DNA from: Mollicutes bacterium
GTDB lineage: Bacteria; Bacillota_I; Bacilli_A; Izemoplasmatales; Izemoplasmataceae
Reading direction: 5' to 3'
Assembly (NCBI GenBank): GCA_003558105.1
Contig: PWMS01000096.1
Location: forward strand, 1,083 to 65,082
DNA: 64,000 nt
Below the pieces are notes generated by a model, which was given only the letters and a program-made list of their open reading frames with translations, did no database searches and was not told where the DNA came from. Each line of letters begins with the position of its first letter. Positions within the stretch are counted from its first letter, which is position 1. The position numbers and the translations under genes are program-made. Shown in pieces: positions 29,532 to 38,378 of this stretch.

Positions 29532-31529
29532 ATGCAATTAACAGACTTAAAAGGCATTGGTCAAAAGCGCGCTGAGAAACTAAAAGCGTGTCATATCCAC
29601 ACGCCTTTCGCCTTGGCTTCCACTTTTCCTAAACGCTATATTCATCGTCATATCACTGGTTTTAAAGATGCAAAAGTAGAAGAAACCATCTACTTAAAAG
29701 CCAAGGTTAAAAGCAAACCCAAAGTATTTTTTATCCGTCGCAACTTATCCAAACTAACATTAAAATCGGCTGTAGATGCCCACGAATTTAGCGTGGGTAT
29801 TTTTAACCAACATTATTTACGTCAGCATTTGCATATTGATACAGACGTTATCCTATACGGGAAATTCTCTGAAGCCAAACGAAGCTTCACCGCCCAAAAA
29901 ATTTTCTTAGCCAAACATTTTGTAGAAGGGTATATCCCAATTTACAATATGGATAACATCCCCGATCCAACCTTTTATAAATTGACTCAAACCGCCCTTG
30001 CACAAGTTGAACCACCAAAAGAGTATTTACCTAGGGCTTTGTTAGAAAAATACAAGTTATTTAACATTGAACAAATATACACACACATTCATCAACCCAA
30101 GCATGAAAAGATTTATCATCAACTTATGCGACGGTTAAAATTTGAAGAACTCTTTTTATTCCAACTCAAAATGCGTTATCAAAAAAGCTTGCGTCAAACA
30201 TCGATAACCCCCACTACCGATCAATCGTTTGATATTTTAAACCCTTTTTTTGAATCACTTGATTTCACCCTCACAAACGAACAGTTAACAAGCTTAAAAG
30301 CCATCATCTCAGACTTACAATCAGCCAAGACGATGTATCGTTTATTACAGGGGGATACGGGCTCAGGCAAGACGATTGTGGCTTTCTTGGCGGCCTGTTA
30401 TGTGATGTTACATCAAAAACAAGTCGCTTTTATGGCGCCAACGGAAATTTTAGCCAAACAACATGCTCAAACGTTTCAAAAACACTTTGCCCATACCCCC
30501 TTTAAGATGGTCTATTTATCGCAATCCTTAGATAGAGAAACGCTCAAAGATACCGCGCGTCAAATCACGATGCATGAAGCTGATTTCATCATTGGCACAC
30601 ACAAGTTATACAGCGAAAGCATCGCCTATCATGATTTAGCGTTTGTCATCACCGATGAACAACATCGCTTTGGGGTCAATCAACGAAAACAACTCACAAA
30701 AAAAGGTGCGTACGCCCATCGACTTCATTTGAGTGCTACCCCCATTCCTAGGACGCTCGCCCAAAGTTTATATGGAGATATGGATGTTAGTACCATTACA
30801 AAAAAACCCATGCAGCAAACGACAGTAACCACCAAAATTCATCCTGTATCTTATGAAGCCAGTTTATTTCAAACGATTGAAAAAACCGTACGCACCAAAC
30901 ACAAAGTATTTATTGTCTCGCCTGTTATCGAAACCTCAGAAACCTTTGAACATAGCCTTAAAGCCCTTTATAAACGCTATTCAAAACGCTTTAAAACGTT
31001 GAATGTCGGAATCTTGCACGGTCGGATGTCACAAACAAAGCAAGATGATATCTTACATCGCTTCAAAGAAGATCAACTCGATATTTTAATCGCAACCACC
31101 ATCATTGAGGTCGGTATTGATTTTCCCAACGCGACGTTGATGATCATTTATCATGCTGAGCGTTTTGGTTTTGCCCAACTCCATCAACTTAGAGGTCGCG
31201 TTGGCCGTGGCACGGTTGATTCGGTTTGTGTTTGTCTATATCAAAACAGCGATGAAGCCCCTGCTCGTTTGGCTGAGTTCAAAGCAACAACCGATGGCTT
31301 TCAACTCAGCCAGTATGACTTATCCTACCGTGGTCACGGTGATTTGATTGGGACCCTTCAAAGCGGTTATATCGCTTTTCGCTATACCGATCTTGCCCGC
31401 GATCAAAACATCTTAGAAGTCGCGGTGAAAGAGGCGAAAGCTTATAGCGCCACAATTTTTAACCCGAGCGAAAAAACCTACCAACACTTGCGCCACATGA
31501 TTAAAGAACAACTGAACCAAGCAAGGTAA
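29532..31529 (+). CDS. recG: ATP-dependent DNA helicase RecG
   Basis: N-terminal wedge domain, GDTGSGKT, TDEQHRFG, SATPIPRT, QLHQLRGRVGRG. Confidence 0.9.
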   Translation: MQLTDLKGIGQKRAEKLKACHIHTPFALASTFPKRYIHRHITGFKDAKVEETIYLKAKVKSKPKVFFIRRNLSKLTLKSAVDAHEFSVGIFNQHYLRQHLHIDTDVILYGKFSEAKRSFTAQKIFLAKHFVEGYIPIYNMDNIPDPTFYKLTQTALAQVEPPKEYLPRALLEKYKLFNIEQIYTHIHQPKHEKIYHQLMRRLKFEELFLFQLKMRYQKSLRQTSITPTTDQSFDILNPFFESLDFTLTNEQLTSLKAIISDLQSAKTMYRLLQGDTGSGKTIVAFLAACYVMLHQKQVAFMAPTEILAKQHAQTFQKHFAHTPFKMVYLSQSLDRETLKDTARQITMHEADFIIGTHKLYSESIAYHDLAFVITDEQHRFGVNQRKQLTKKGAYAHRLHLSATPIPRTLAQSLYGDMDVSTITKKPMQQTTVTTKIHPVSYEASLFQTIEKTVRTKHKVFIVSPVIETSETFEHSLKALYKRYSKRFKTLNVGILHGRMSQTKQDDILHRFKEDQLDILIATTIIEVGIDFPNATLMIIYHAERFGFAQLHQLRGRVGRGTVDSVCVCLYQNSDEAPARLAEFKATTDGFQLSQYDLSYRGHGDLIGTLQSGYIAFRYTDLARDQNILEVAVKEAKAYSATIFNPSEKTYQHLRHMIKEQLNQAR

Positions 31530-31553
31530 AAAGCTTTTAAGTCCATTATTTTA

Positions 31554-31562
31554 TGCTATAAT
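31554..31562 (+). promoter_or_regulatory. Extended -10 element (TGCTATAAT) upstream of plsX
   Basis: TGnTATAAT 31 nt before ATG 31593. Confidence 0.5.
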
Positions 31563-31592
31563 GGGAATACATATTAAGAAGAGGTGGTTGAC

Positions 31593-32600
31593 ATGATTAA
31601 AATTGCTATTGATGCCATGGGCGGCGATTTTGCCCCTAGAGAACAAATTGACGGCGCTTTAAAAGCGCTCGCAGAAATTTCTGACATTGAGATTACGCTG
31701 TATGGGGATCCTGAGAAAATCAAACCATACATTAAAGACGAAAAAAGAATTCGTATCGTCGCGAGCGATGGCGTTATTGATATGGGAGAAAAAGACCCTA
31801 TCAAAGCGATTCGCAGTAACCGGAAATCATCGATGGCGATGGCTTTGAGCAGCGTCCGCAAAGAAGAAAACGATGCGGTTGTATCCAGTGGCGCTACCCA
31901 AGCTTTAATCGCTGGCGCTCATATTTTGGTGGGCCGGATGAAAACCATGAAACGTACCGCGATAGCCCCAGTTTTACCGACCGCTTCAAAAAAACATTTT
32001 ATCCTTTTAGATAGTGGTGGCAATCTAGAAATAAAACCTGAATATATGGTACAACAAGCCTATTTTGCCAGTATTTATGCAAAAGAGATTTTAGGCGTTG
32101 AAAAGCCCAAAGTAGGTCTAATTAACATCGGGACTGAAGAAGGTAAAGGACGCCAGCTTGATACTGACGCTTACACGTTATTTCAAGAAAATAAACACAT
32201 CGATTTTGTGGGTAACGTAGAACCTAAAGAAATTTTAGACCCGCCTTGTGATGTTATGATTTCTGATGGGTTTACCGCCAATATTGTGATGAAAACCATC
32301 GAAGGCACAGCTAAAGGCATGTCTAGTATTATGAAAGAAGAATTGATGCGTGGTATCTTAGGCAAACTGGGTGTTATTTTATTGTTGAAAAATTTAAAGT
32401 GTTTCAAAAAACGTTTGGCCCCAGAAGAAATTGGTGGCGCCATGATTTACGGCCTTAAAGGCGTCGTTATCAAAGCCCAGGGTTCATCGCAAGCCGATGG
32501 CTTTTATAATGCGATTAAACAAGCCGCCCATGTCGTTAGACAGGATGTTATTGGCAAAGTCTCAGCCATCATCGAAAGCGAGGCCAATCAAGATGGTTAA
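31593..32600 (+). CDS. plsX: Phosphate acyltransferase PlsX
   Basis: MIKIAIDAMGGDFAP start and GFTANIVMKT motif. ATG 31593 follows GAGGTGG. Confidence 0.9.
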   Translation: MIKIAIDAMGGDFAPREQIDGALKALAEISDIEITLYGDPEKIKPYIKDEKRIRIVASDGVIDMGEKDPIKAIRSNRKSSMAMALSSVRKEENDAVVSSGATQALIAGAHILVGRMKTMKRTAIAPVLPTASKKHFILLDSGGNLEIKPEYMVQQAYFASIYAKEILGVEKPKVGLINIGTEEGKGRQLDTDAYTLFQENKHIDFVGNVEPKEILDPPCDVMISDGFTANIVMKTIEGTAKGMSSIMKEELMRGILGKLGVILLLKNLKCFKKRLAPEEIGGAMIYGLKGVVIKAQGSSQADGFYNAIKQAAHVVRQDVIGKVSAIIESEANQDG

Positions 32601-33273
32601 ACTCGAACAGTTTTTTAATTTAAACTTCCACAATCAACAATTGTTAAAAACCGCATTAACCCATTCTTCATTTGCAAATGAAGAACAATGTGAATCCAAT
32701 GAACGCTTGGAATTTGTCGGTGATGCGGTTTTAGATGTCATCGTGGCTAAATACCTTTATGAAGAAGACAAACACTATAACGAAGGCGATTTAACAAAAA
32801 GAAGAGCAAAATACGTCTGCGAAGCCGCTTTAGTAGAATACGCCAAGGCATGTGATTTAGGCAACTATCTCTTACTTGGACACGGCGAAGAAAAAAGTGG
32901 GGGTCGTCAGCGCGTTGCTTTATTAGCCGATGCCTTTGAGGCATTCATCGGTGCCATCTTTTTAGACAAGGGCATCGATGAATGTTACAAAGTCGCCAAT
33001 AAAGTTATTTTCCCCCTCCTCGAACAAGAAGAAGAAAAAAACTTTATCGATTTTAAAAGCCATCTACAGGAATTGGTCCAATCAGACAAACGGCAACTAT
33101 TTTATAAAGTTATTGATGAACAAGGCCCTTCACACAACAAAACCTTTACGATTCGCGTTTATATGGATGATATTTTAATGGGCGAAGGTAAAGGTAAAAG
33201 CAAAAAAGAAGCGGAACAACATGCCGCCGAAATCGCATTGAAAAAACTTGCCAAAAAAAGCATAAAATTTTAG
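32593..33273 (+). CDS. rnc: Ribonuclease III
   Basis: ALTHSSF..NERLEFVGDAVL signature and a C-terminal dsRBD (GPSHNKTF...GKGKSKKEAEQHAA). ATG 32593 overlaps the plsX end by 8 nt. Confidence 0.9.
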   Translation: MVKLEQFFNLNFHNQQLLKTALTHSSFANEEQCESNERLEFVGDAVLDVIVAKYLYEEDKHYNEGDLTKRRAKYVCEAALVEYAKACDLGNYLLLGHGEEKSGGRQRVALLADAFEAFIGAIFLDKGIDECYKVANKVIFPLLEQEEEKNFIDFKSHLQELVQSDKRQLFYKVIDEQGPSHNKTFTIRVYMDDILMGEGKGKSKKEAEQHAAEIALKKLAKKSIKF

Positions 33274-33283
33274 AGGTGAAAGT

Positions 33284-33907
33284 ATGAAACACATCCTCAA
33301 ACATTTGATCGACGAGGGCATTATCGACTTTAACAAGCTTGTGCTTAAGTATTATCATAAATTCGATTTAAACGAGCGTGAAGCGATGGCATTACTTAAA
33401 CTTTTTGCCCTACAACAAGAAAATGAAAAGATTATTCAACCGAAAAAATTCGCCAAATGGTTGCGAAGTTCTTCAAACGACACGGAAAACATATTAAGTA
33501 GCCTGATTGAAAAAGGCTATTTAATTATTCATCTAAGCGAAGACGACGAAGGTAAGGAATGCGAATCTTTTAACATTGACTATTTTTTAACCAAAGTCTT
33601 TGATCACATTAAACACACCAAAGAAAAACAAAAAGAAAACACCTTATCACAAATTGTTGATTATTTAGAAGATATTCTCAGCAAGCCATTGAATCAATTG
33701 GATTTAGAATTAATCAAAGCTTGGGTTTTTGAAGAACAATACGACATCGATATGATTAAAACCGCCGCTAATGAATCACTAAAAAGAAAATATCCTTCTT
33801 TAAAAACCATCGACCATATTTTGCGTAACCAACTAAAAGCTCAAGATACCACCACCCCTGCCAACAAAGAAGCCTTAAAGGAGTTCTATAAACTATGGGA
33901 AGAGTAG
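33284..33907 (+). CDS. DnaD-domain replication initiation / primosome protein
   Basis: N-terminal winged-helix-like region and a C-terminal DnaD repeat (ELIKAWVFEEQYDIDMIKTAANESL). dnaD-nth adjacency as in B. subtilis. Confidence 0.65.
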   Translation: MKHILKHLIDEGIIDFNKLVLKYYHKFDLNEREAMALLKLFALQQENEKIIQPKKFAKWLRSSSNDTENILSSLIEKGYLIIHLSEDDEGKECESFNIDYFLTKVFDHIKHTKEKQKENTLSQIVDYLEDILSKPLNQLDLELIKAWVFEEQYDIDMIKTAANESLKRKYPSLKTIDHILRNQLKAQDTTTPANKEALKEFYKLWEE

Positions 33908-34518
33908 AAGCCATCATGTCGGCTTTGGATGAGATGTTCCCCAACGCCGAATGCGAACTAAATCATACCAACGCTTTAGAACTACTCATTGCGGTGATGC
34001 TCAGTGCCCAAAGTACCGATGTATCGGTGAATAAACTCACCAAAACCCTATTTCAAAAATATCAATCCTTACAAGATTTTATCGATGCGCCTTTGGCTGT
34101 TTTAGAAAACGACATTCGTCGCATCGGTCTTTATAAAAACAAAGCAAAAAACATTAAAAAGGCCTGTCTTGCGATTCAAACCCACCACAAGGGCGGTGTC
34201 CCAGCAAGCCAAGAAGCCTTAGAGGCATTACCGGGGGTAGGAAGAAAAACCGCTAACGTTGTTTTAAGCGTTTGGTATGATGTCCCGCGAATCGCGGTAG
34301 ATACCCATGTTGAGCGGGTAGCCAAACGGTTGAAATTGGCTTATAATTCAGATTCAACCTTAAAAGTCGAAGAAAAACTCATGCGTAAATTTCCCAAAAA
34401 CCAATGGTCGCAACTACATCATCAAATTATTTTCTTCGGACGCTATCATTGCACCGCAAGAAATCCAAACTGCCAGGCGTGTCCTTTGATATCTTGGTGC
34501 CGTTATCCCAACATTTAA
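33895..34518 (+). CDS. nth: Endonuclease III
   Basis: HhH-GPD (LPGVGRKTANVVL, VDTHV) and the 4Fe-4S loop CTARNPNCQACPLISWC. Confidence 0.9.
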   Translation: MGRVEAIMSALDEMFPNAECELNHTNALELLIAVMLSAQSTDVSVNKLTKTLFQKYQSLQDFIDAPLAVLENDIRRIGLYKNKAKNIKKACLAIQTHHKGGVPASQEALEALPGVGRKTANVVLSVWYDVPRIAVDTHVERVAKRLKLAYNSDSTLKVEEKLMRKFPKNQWSQLHHQIIFFGRYHCTARNPNCQACPLISWCRYPNI

Positions 34519-34539
34519 CCACAATTTGTGGTTTTTTTT
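34517..34539 (+). terminator. Rho-independent terminator after nth
   Basis: AACCACA-ATT-TGTGGTT followed by T8. Confidence 0.75.
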
Positions 34540-34692
34540 CTTGTTTTAAAAATTCAAATAAAACGCAGTTATAACCTATACTTATACAGTGTATCACTTC
34601 AAGTGTAAAATAAGTTTTAAATTTTCAAAATATACCCCTTTTTTTATATCCTTATGGTTATTATAATGAGGATAAAAAAACAGGAGGATCAA

Positions 34693-35931
34693 ATGCAAAC
34701 AAAACAAATTAAGAAGTTTATGAAAAAGAAACTCGAGTTCCATCTAGCCTCATCGACAAACTATATTGCGGCCGCCGCAAAAAACGAACGGATTAGAAGA
34801 AAATTAACACAGATGCAAGTTGTGGAGGCATATTGTTACACCAATGGATCAAAACTTGAAAGGATGACAATCATCCCTTCCAAACAACTAGTTGAAGAAA
34901 CAGGAAAGGCTTTGGGATTACCTCTTACAGTGATGAGGAAGCGTCTTGAAGAAGGACAAATATTAAAAGAAGCGTTACGCGCATTTTACTATTTTGATTT
35001 TAAAAAACTAGAGAGTATCCATAAAGAAATGCAAGGCTTAAAATTAGAATTAACCAACGACATCTTCAGTTTATTTACAACAGTCTTGCGAAATGATAGT
35101 CATAAAAGCAAACCGATTATCGAAAGATGTATCAATAATATTTCGAACATGGATTATTTTAGTACTATCGCTGTTATATTTCTCAATGCTTATCATTGTT
35201 ACAACAATCATGAATATAAAAAGGCAAATGAACTTATTGAAAGTCTTGAAGATGCCCATGCATTTACAAATATATTTGCGATTTTATATCATGAGCTAAG
35301 ATATAAAATTAAGTCAAAAATTAATCACAATGCCGTTGCAGCACTCTCATACCAGCGTGCGCTTGATTTAATGAAGATAAATTTTCAATCAAGTCGCTTT
35401 CATCAACTACGTCTATATTCGATTGAACAGATGAGTGAGGAGTCCATCATAAAAGCTCATGAAGCTTTTAAAGATATGGCTATTGAAAATATGGACCATC
35501 GTACGAAAAATCATTATTTTTATTTAGATTTAAAACTTAAGTTCAAACGATTTAACATGTTTGATTCAAATATCTTTGATTATTTAAATCACAACTATAA
35601 AGATTCTTATTATTATCAATGCCTTATTATTATAAGTAGGAATTGTAAGGAAAAAGTAACAACAAAAATTGCGCATCTATTTGAAAATGCGCCCGAACAA
35701 TTTTTGCTTGAAAGAATGCTTTATACCGTCCAACGAAAATCTGGTGAATCGTTAATTGAATACATCAATGAAGTCGCTTTTCCGATGGCGATTCAATTAG
35801 ATTCTGTGACTTACATTAAATATTTTGGTCAGAAACTAATCGATGATAAAATTAGCCATAACCGCTATAAAGAGGCCTTTTTCCTTGAACGTCGCTACCA
35901 AAGTGCGATAAAAAAAATACAAAGTACCTAA
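34693..35931 (+). CDS. Orphan HTH (XRE-like) plus all-helical repeat (TPR-like) protein, possibly an RNPP-like regulator
   Basis: ATG 34693 follows AGGAGG. The N-terminus NERIRRKLTQMQVVEAYCYTNGSKLERMT resembles an XRE HTH. The remaining 330 aa or so is helix-rich and Tyr/Asn/Lys-rich. The gene is clearly more AT-rich than its neighbours. Confidence 0.45.
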   Translation: MQTKQIKKFMKKKLEFHLASSTNYIAAAAKNERIRRKLTQMQVVEAYCYTNGSKLERMTIIPSKQLVEETGKALGLPLTVMRKRLEEGQILKEALRAFYYFDFKKLESIHKEMQGLKLELTNDIFSLFTTVLRNDSHKSKPIIERCINNISNMDYFSTIAVIFLNAYHCYNNHEYKKANELIESLEDAHAFTNIFAILYHELRYKIKSKINHNAVAALSYQRALDLMKINFQSSRFHQLRLYSIEQMSEESIIKAHEAFKDMAIENMDHRTKNHYFYLDLKLKFKRFNMFDSNIFDYLNHNYKDSYYYQCLIIISRNCKEKVTTKIAHLFENAPEQFLLERMLYTVQRKSGESLIEYINEVAFPMAIQLDSVTYIKYFGQKLIDDKISHNRYKEAFFLERRYQSAIKKIQST

Positions 35932-35957
35932 AGCAAGGTTAAAAAAATCTCCGAAAG

Positions 35958-35966
35958 TGATATAAT
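35958..35966 (+). promoter_or_regulatory. Extended -10 element (TGATATAAT) upstream of the MATE gene
   Basis: 20 nt before ATG 35986. Confidence 0.45.
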
Positions 35967-35985
35967 TATTTTGGAGGTTTTTTTT

Positions 35986-37365
35986 ATGCAAAAAGAAGCG
36001 CGCAGTCAAATGTTAGGTCATATGAATGTAAAAAAATTATTGGTTAAATTGTCGGTACCAGCCACGGTAGCGATGTTTATCAATGCGCTTTATAATTTTG
36101 TTGATACCTTGTTTGTATCTTGGTCTGATGGTGAGATTGCCATCGGCGCGCTTTCAATCGCCTTCCCGATTCAAATGATTGTCATTGCGATTGGTTTGAT
36201 GATTGGAATCGGAAGTTCATCAATCTTTTCTCGTGCTTATGGCCGTGGCGATGAGGATTCTATGCGACGCGTGGTTAATACCGCTTTATTGGTTACTTTG
36301 GTATTATCCGTTGTTATTACGACGATTGGCTTGTTCATGTTGGATGATTTACTTAGATTTTTTGGGGCGACCGCGTCGAATATCGGTTATGCAAAGGATT
36401 ATTTACGCTTAATTCTCATTGGACTAACCCCCTTTTCGTTATCGATTGTTTTAAACAATTTAACCAGAGCCGAAGGTCGGGCCAATGTGGCGATGTTTTC
36501 GCTTTTAATTGGTGCAGGGCTTAATATTATACTTGATCCCTTCTTTATATTTGATTTTGGTCTTGGTATGGGCGTCACCGGTGCAGCCTTGGCCACGGTA
36601 ATCTCGAAAACAGCCTCATTTATCTTCATCTTCATGATGGCTTTAAGCCCTAAATCGACCTTAAAAATTAATCTAAGGAAATTATACAAGGTCGATTTTA
36701 AGATGATCGGTGAAATTTCAGCGATTGGCATGCCGACATTTGTGAGAAATATTCTCGCGGCTGTCTTGGTTATTATCATCAACAATCTTATTAACTTTTA
36801 TGCGAGCGGTGATCCCGCTATTTATATTTCTATTTATGGTGTGATTACACGTATGACCATGTTTGCTTTATTACCTGGTTTAGGTCTTGTACAAGGCTTG
36901 ACCCCGATTGTGGGCTTTAATTTTGGGGCCCAATTTTACCGTCGTTTGCATGAAGTCATCAGCTATGCTACCAAGCTTTTGGTTGCGTATTTCTTTATTG
37001 TGTCTGTTTTGGTTATCATCTTTGCGGAATATATTTTCTTGATGTTTTCTAGTGGAGAGAATAGCGCATACTTCATTGAATATGGCGCGATGGCTTTACG
37101 GGTTGTTGCTTTAGGCTTCACCTTGATTTCTTTCCAAGTCCTTCTAAGCAGTACTTATCAAGCGATGGGCTATGCGTTTAGAGCTTTCATTGTCGCTTTA
37201 TCAAGACAGTTTTTCTTATTTGTACCATTGGCTTTCTTATTGACACAGTGGCTCGGCCTCAACGGTATATGGTGGGCTTTTGTTACCGCTGATGTGATTG
37301 CGGGCTTGTTATCCTTCGGTGTTTATATGTACGAAATGTATGACTTAAAACGAAAAATTGTCTAA
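35986..37365 (+). CDS. MATE-family efflux transporter
   Basis: 12-TM protein with the typical N-terminus LLVKLSVPATVAMFINALYNFVDTLFV. ATG 35986 follows GGAGG. Confidence 0.85.
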   Translation: MQKEARSQMLGHMNVKKLLVKLSVPATVAMFINALYNFVDTLFVSWSDGEIAIGALSIAFPIQMIVIAIGLMIGIGSSSIFSRAYGRGDEDSMRRVVNTALLVTLVLSVVITTIGLFMLDDLLRFFGATASNIGYAKDYLRLILIGLTPFSLSIVLNNLTRAEGRANVAMFSLLIGAGLNIILDPFFIFDFGLGMGVTGAALATVISKTASFIFIFMMALSPKSTLKINLRKLYKVDFKMIGEISAIGMPTFVRNILAAVLVIIINNLINFYASGDPAIYISIYGVITRMTMFALLPGLGLVQGLTPIVGFNFGAQFYRRLHEVISYATKLLVAYFFIVSVLVIIFAEYIFLMFSSGENSAYFIEYGAMALRVVALGFTLISFQVLLSSTYQAMGYAFRAFIVALSRQFFLFVPLAFLLTQWLGLNGIWWAFVTADVIAGLLSFGVYMYEMYDLKRKIV

Positions 37366-37396
37366 AAAAAGCCTGTTTGACTTTGAACAGGCTTTT
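37366..37396. terminator. Bidirectional terminator between the convergent MATE and GGDEF genes
   Basis: A-run, GCCTGTT...AACAGGC stem, T-run. Overlaps the GGDEF stop codon. Confidence 0.8.
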
Positions 37397-38378
37397 ATTG
37401 TGTCTTTTTTAGACTAGATTTGTTTTTGTACATTTGTTTATCGACATCGATTAATGATTCTTCGATTTCTTTCTTAGTAATCGCAGGATTTTTTTTCAAT
37501 ACTACAACCCCATAAGCGACCGAAACATTTTTGTGATATTTTTGTAAAAGATGGTTGATCTCGGTGATTAAAGCTTCAATATTGAGGGGTTTGTCTTTCG
37601 GGGTTAAAACTGCGAATTCGTCGCCCCCTATGCGGTAAAGCTCACTTTCGATGGGTTCAACTTTCTTTTGTACGAACGTTGAAAACTTAACCAAGACTTC
37701 ATCGCCCTTGGAATGGCCGAGTTCGTCATTTATCAGTTTAAAATTATTGAAGTCAATCATAATTAGTATCATACTTTGTTTTTTTGTCAAGGTTTGAATG
37801 TCTTTGAAAAATTTTCTTCGATTGCCGGTGTTGGTGAGATAATCCGTGTTACCGACACGATGTAACTTCTCATTCAACTCGGTTAACTCAACATTTCTTT
37901 GTTCAAGCTTTCTTTGCGTATTGATTAAATCGCTGTTCAATTTGGTGACTTCTTCTAAAAAAACGCTATTGTCATCATCACCAACTTGTTGTGAGAGGGC
38001 TTGAGCTCGCCTGAGCATATTGGTTTGCTGGTTGTTGATACGGATGACTTCGTTTAATACATGCAGGGTTGATTCTGATTCGTTTAAAGACATACAGATG
38101 ATGTCCTCACCATACTGTAACATCGATAATGTCGTCTTTATCATCTGGTCTTTGAAGCCAAAGACAATCTCACCACCAAAGCTATAATCATCTTCATTGG
38201 TGTCTTTTAAAAATTCCATGAAACGATTAAGGGAGGTAGGCTCTATGTAATTGACAAGATTATCGCCCTTATGAAACAATTTGACATCCTCATCTTGACC
38301 GATGACTTTTTTTATATAGGCTTCTTCATCGATGATAAGCGCAAAGGCCTCAGGCTGTTTTAGCGACAAGCTGACCAC
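37395..38378 (-). CDS. GGDEF-domain diguanylate cyclase with an unassigned N-terminal domain and a long coiled coil
   Basis: DYLTNTGNRRKF, IDFNNFKLINDELGHSKGDEVL and RIGGDEFAV. No RxxD five residues before GGDEF (the sequence is IESE). The exact start is uncertain (GTG 38378 or TTG 9 nt downstream). Confidence 0.85.
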   Translation of the reverse strand: MVSLSLKQPEAFALIIDEEAYIKKVIGQDEDVKLFHKGDNLVNYIEPTSLNRFMEFLKDTNEDDYSFGGEIVFGFKDQMIKTTLSMLQYGEDIICMSLNESESTLHVLNEVIRINNQQTNMLRRAQALSQQVGDDDNSVFLEEVTKLNSDLINTQRKLEQRNVELTELNEKLHRVGNTDYLTNTGNRRKFFKDIQTLTKKQSMILIMIDFNNFKLINDELGHSKGDEVLVKFSTFVQKKVEPIESELYRIGGDEFAVLTPKDKPLNIEALITEINHLLQKYHKNVSVAYGVVVLKKNPAITKKEIEESLIDVDKQMYKNKSSLKKTQ

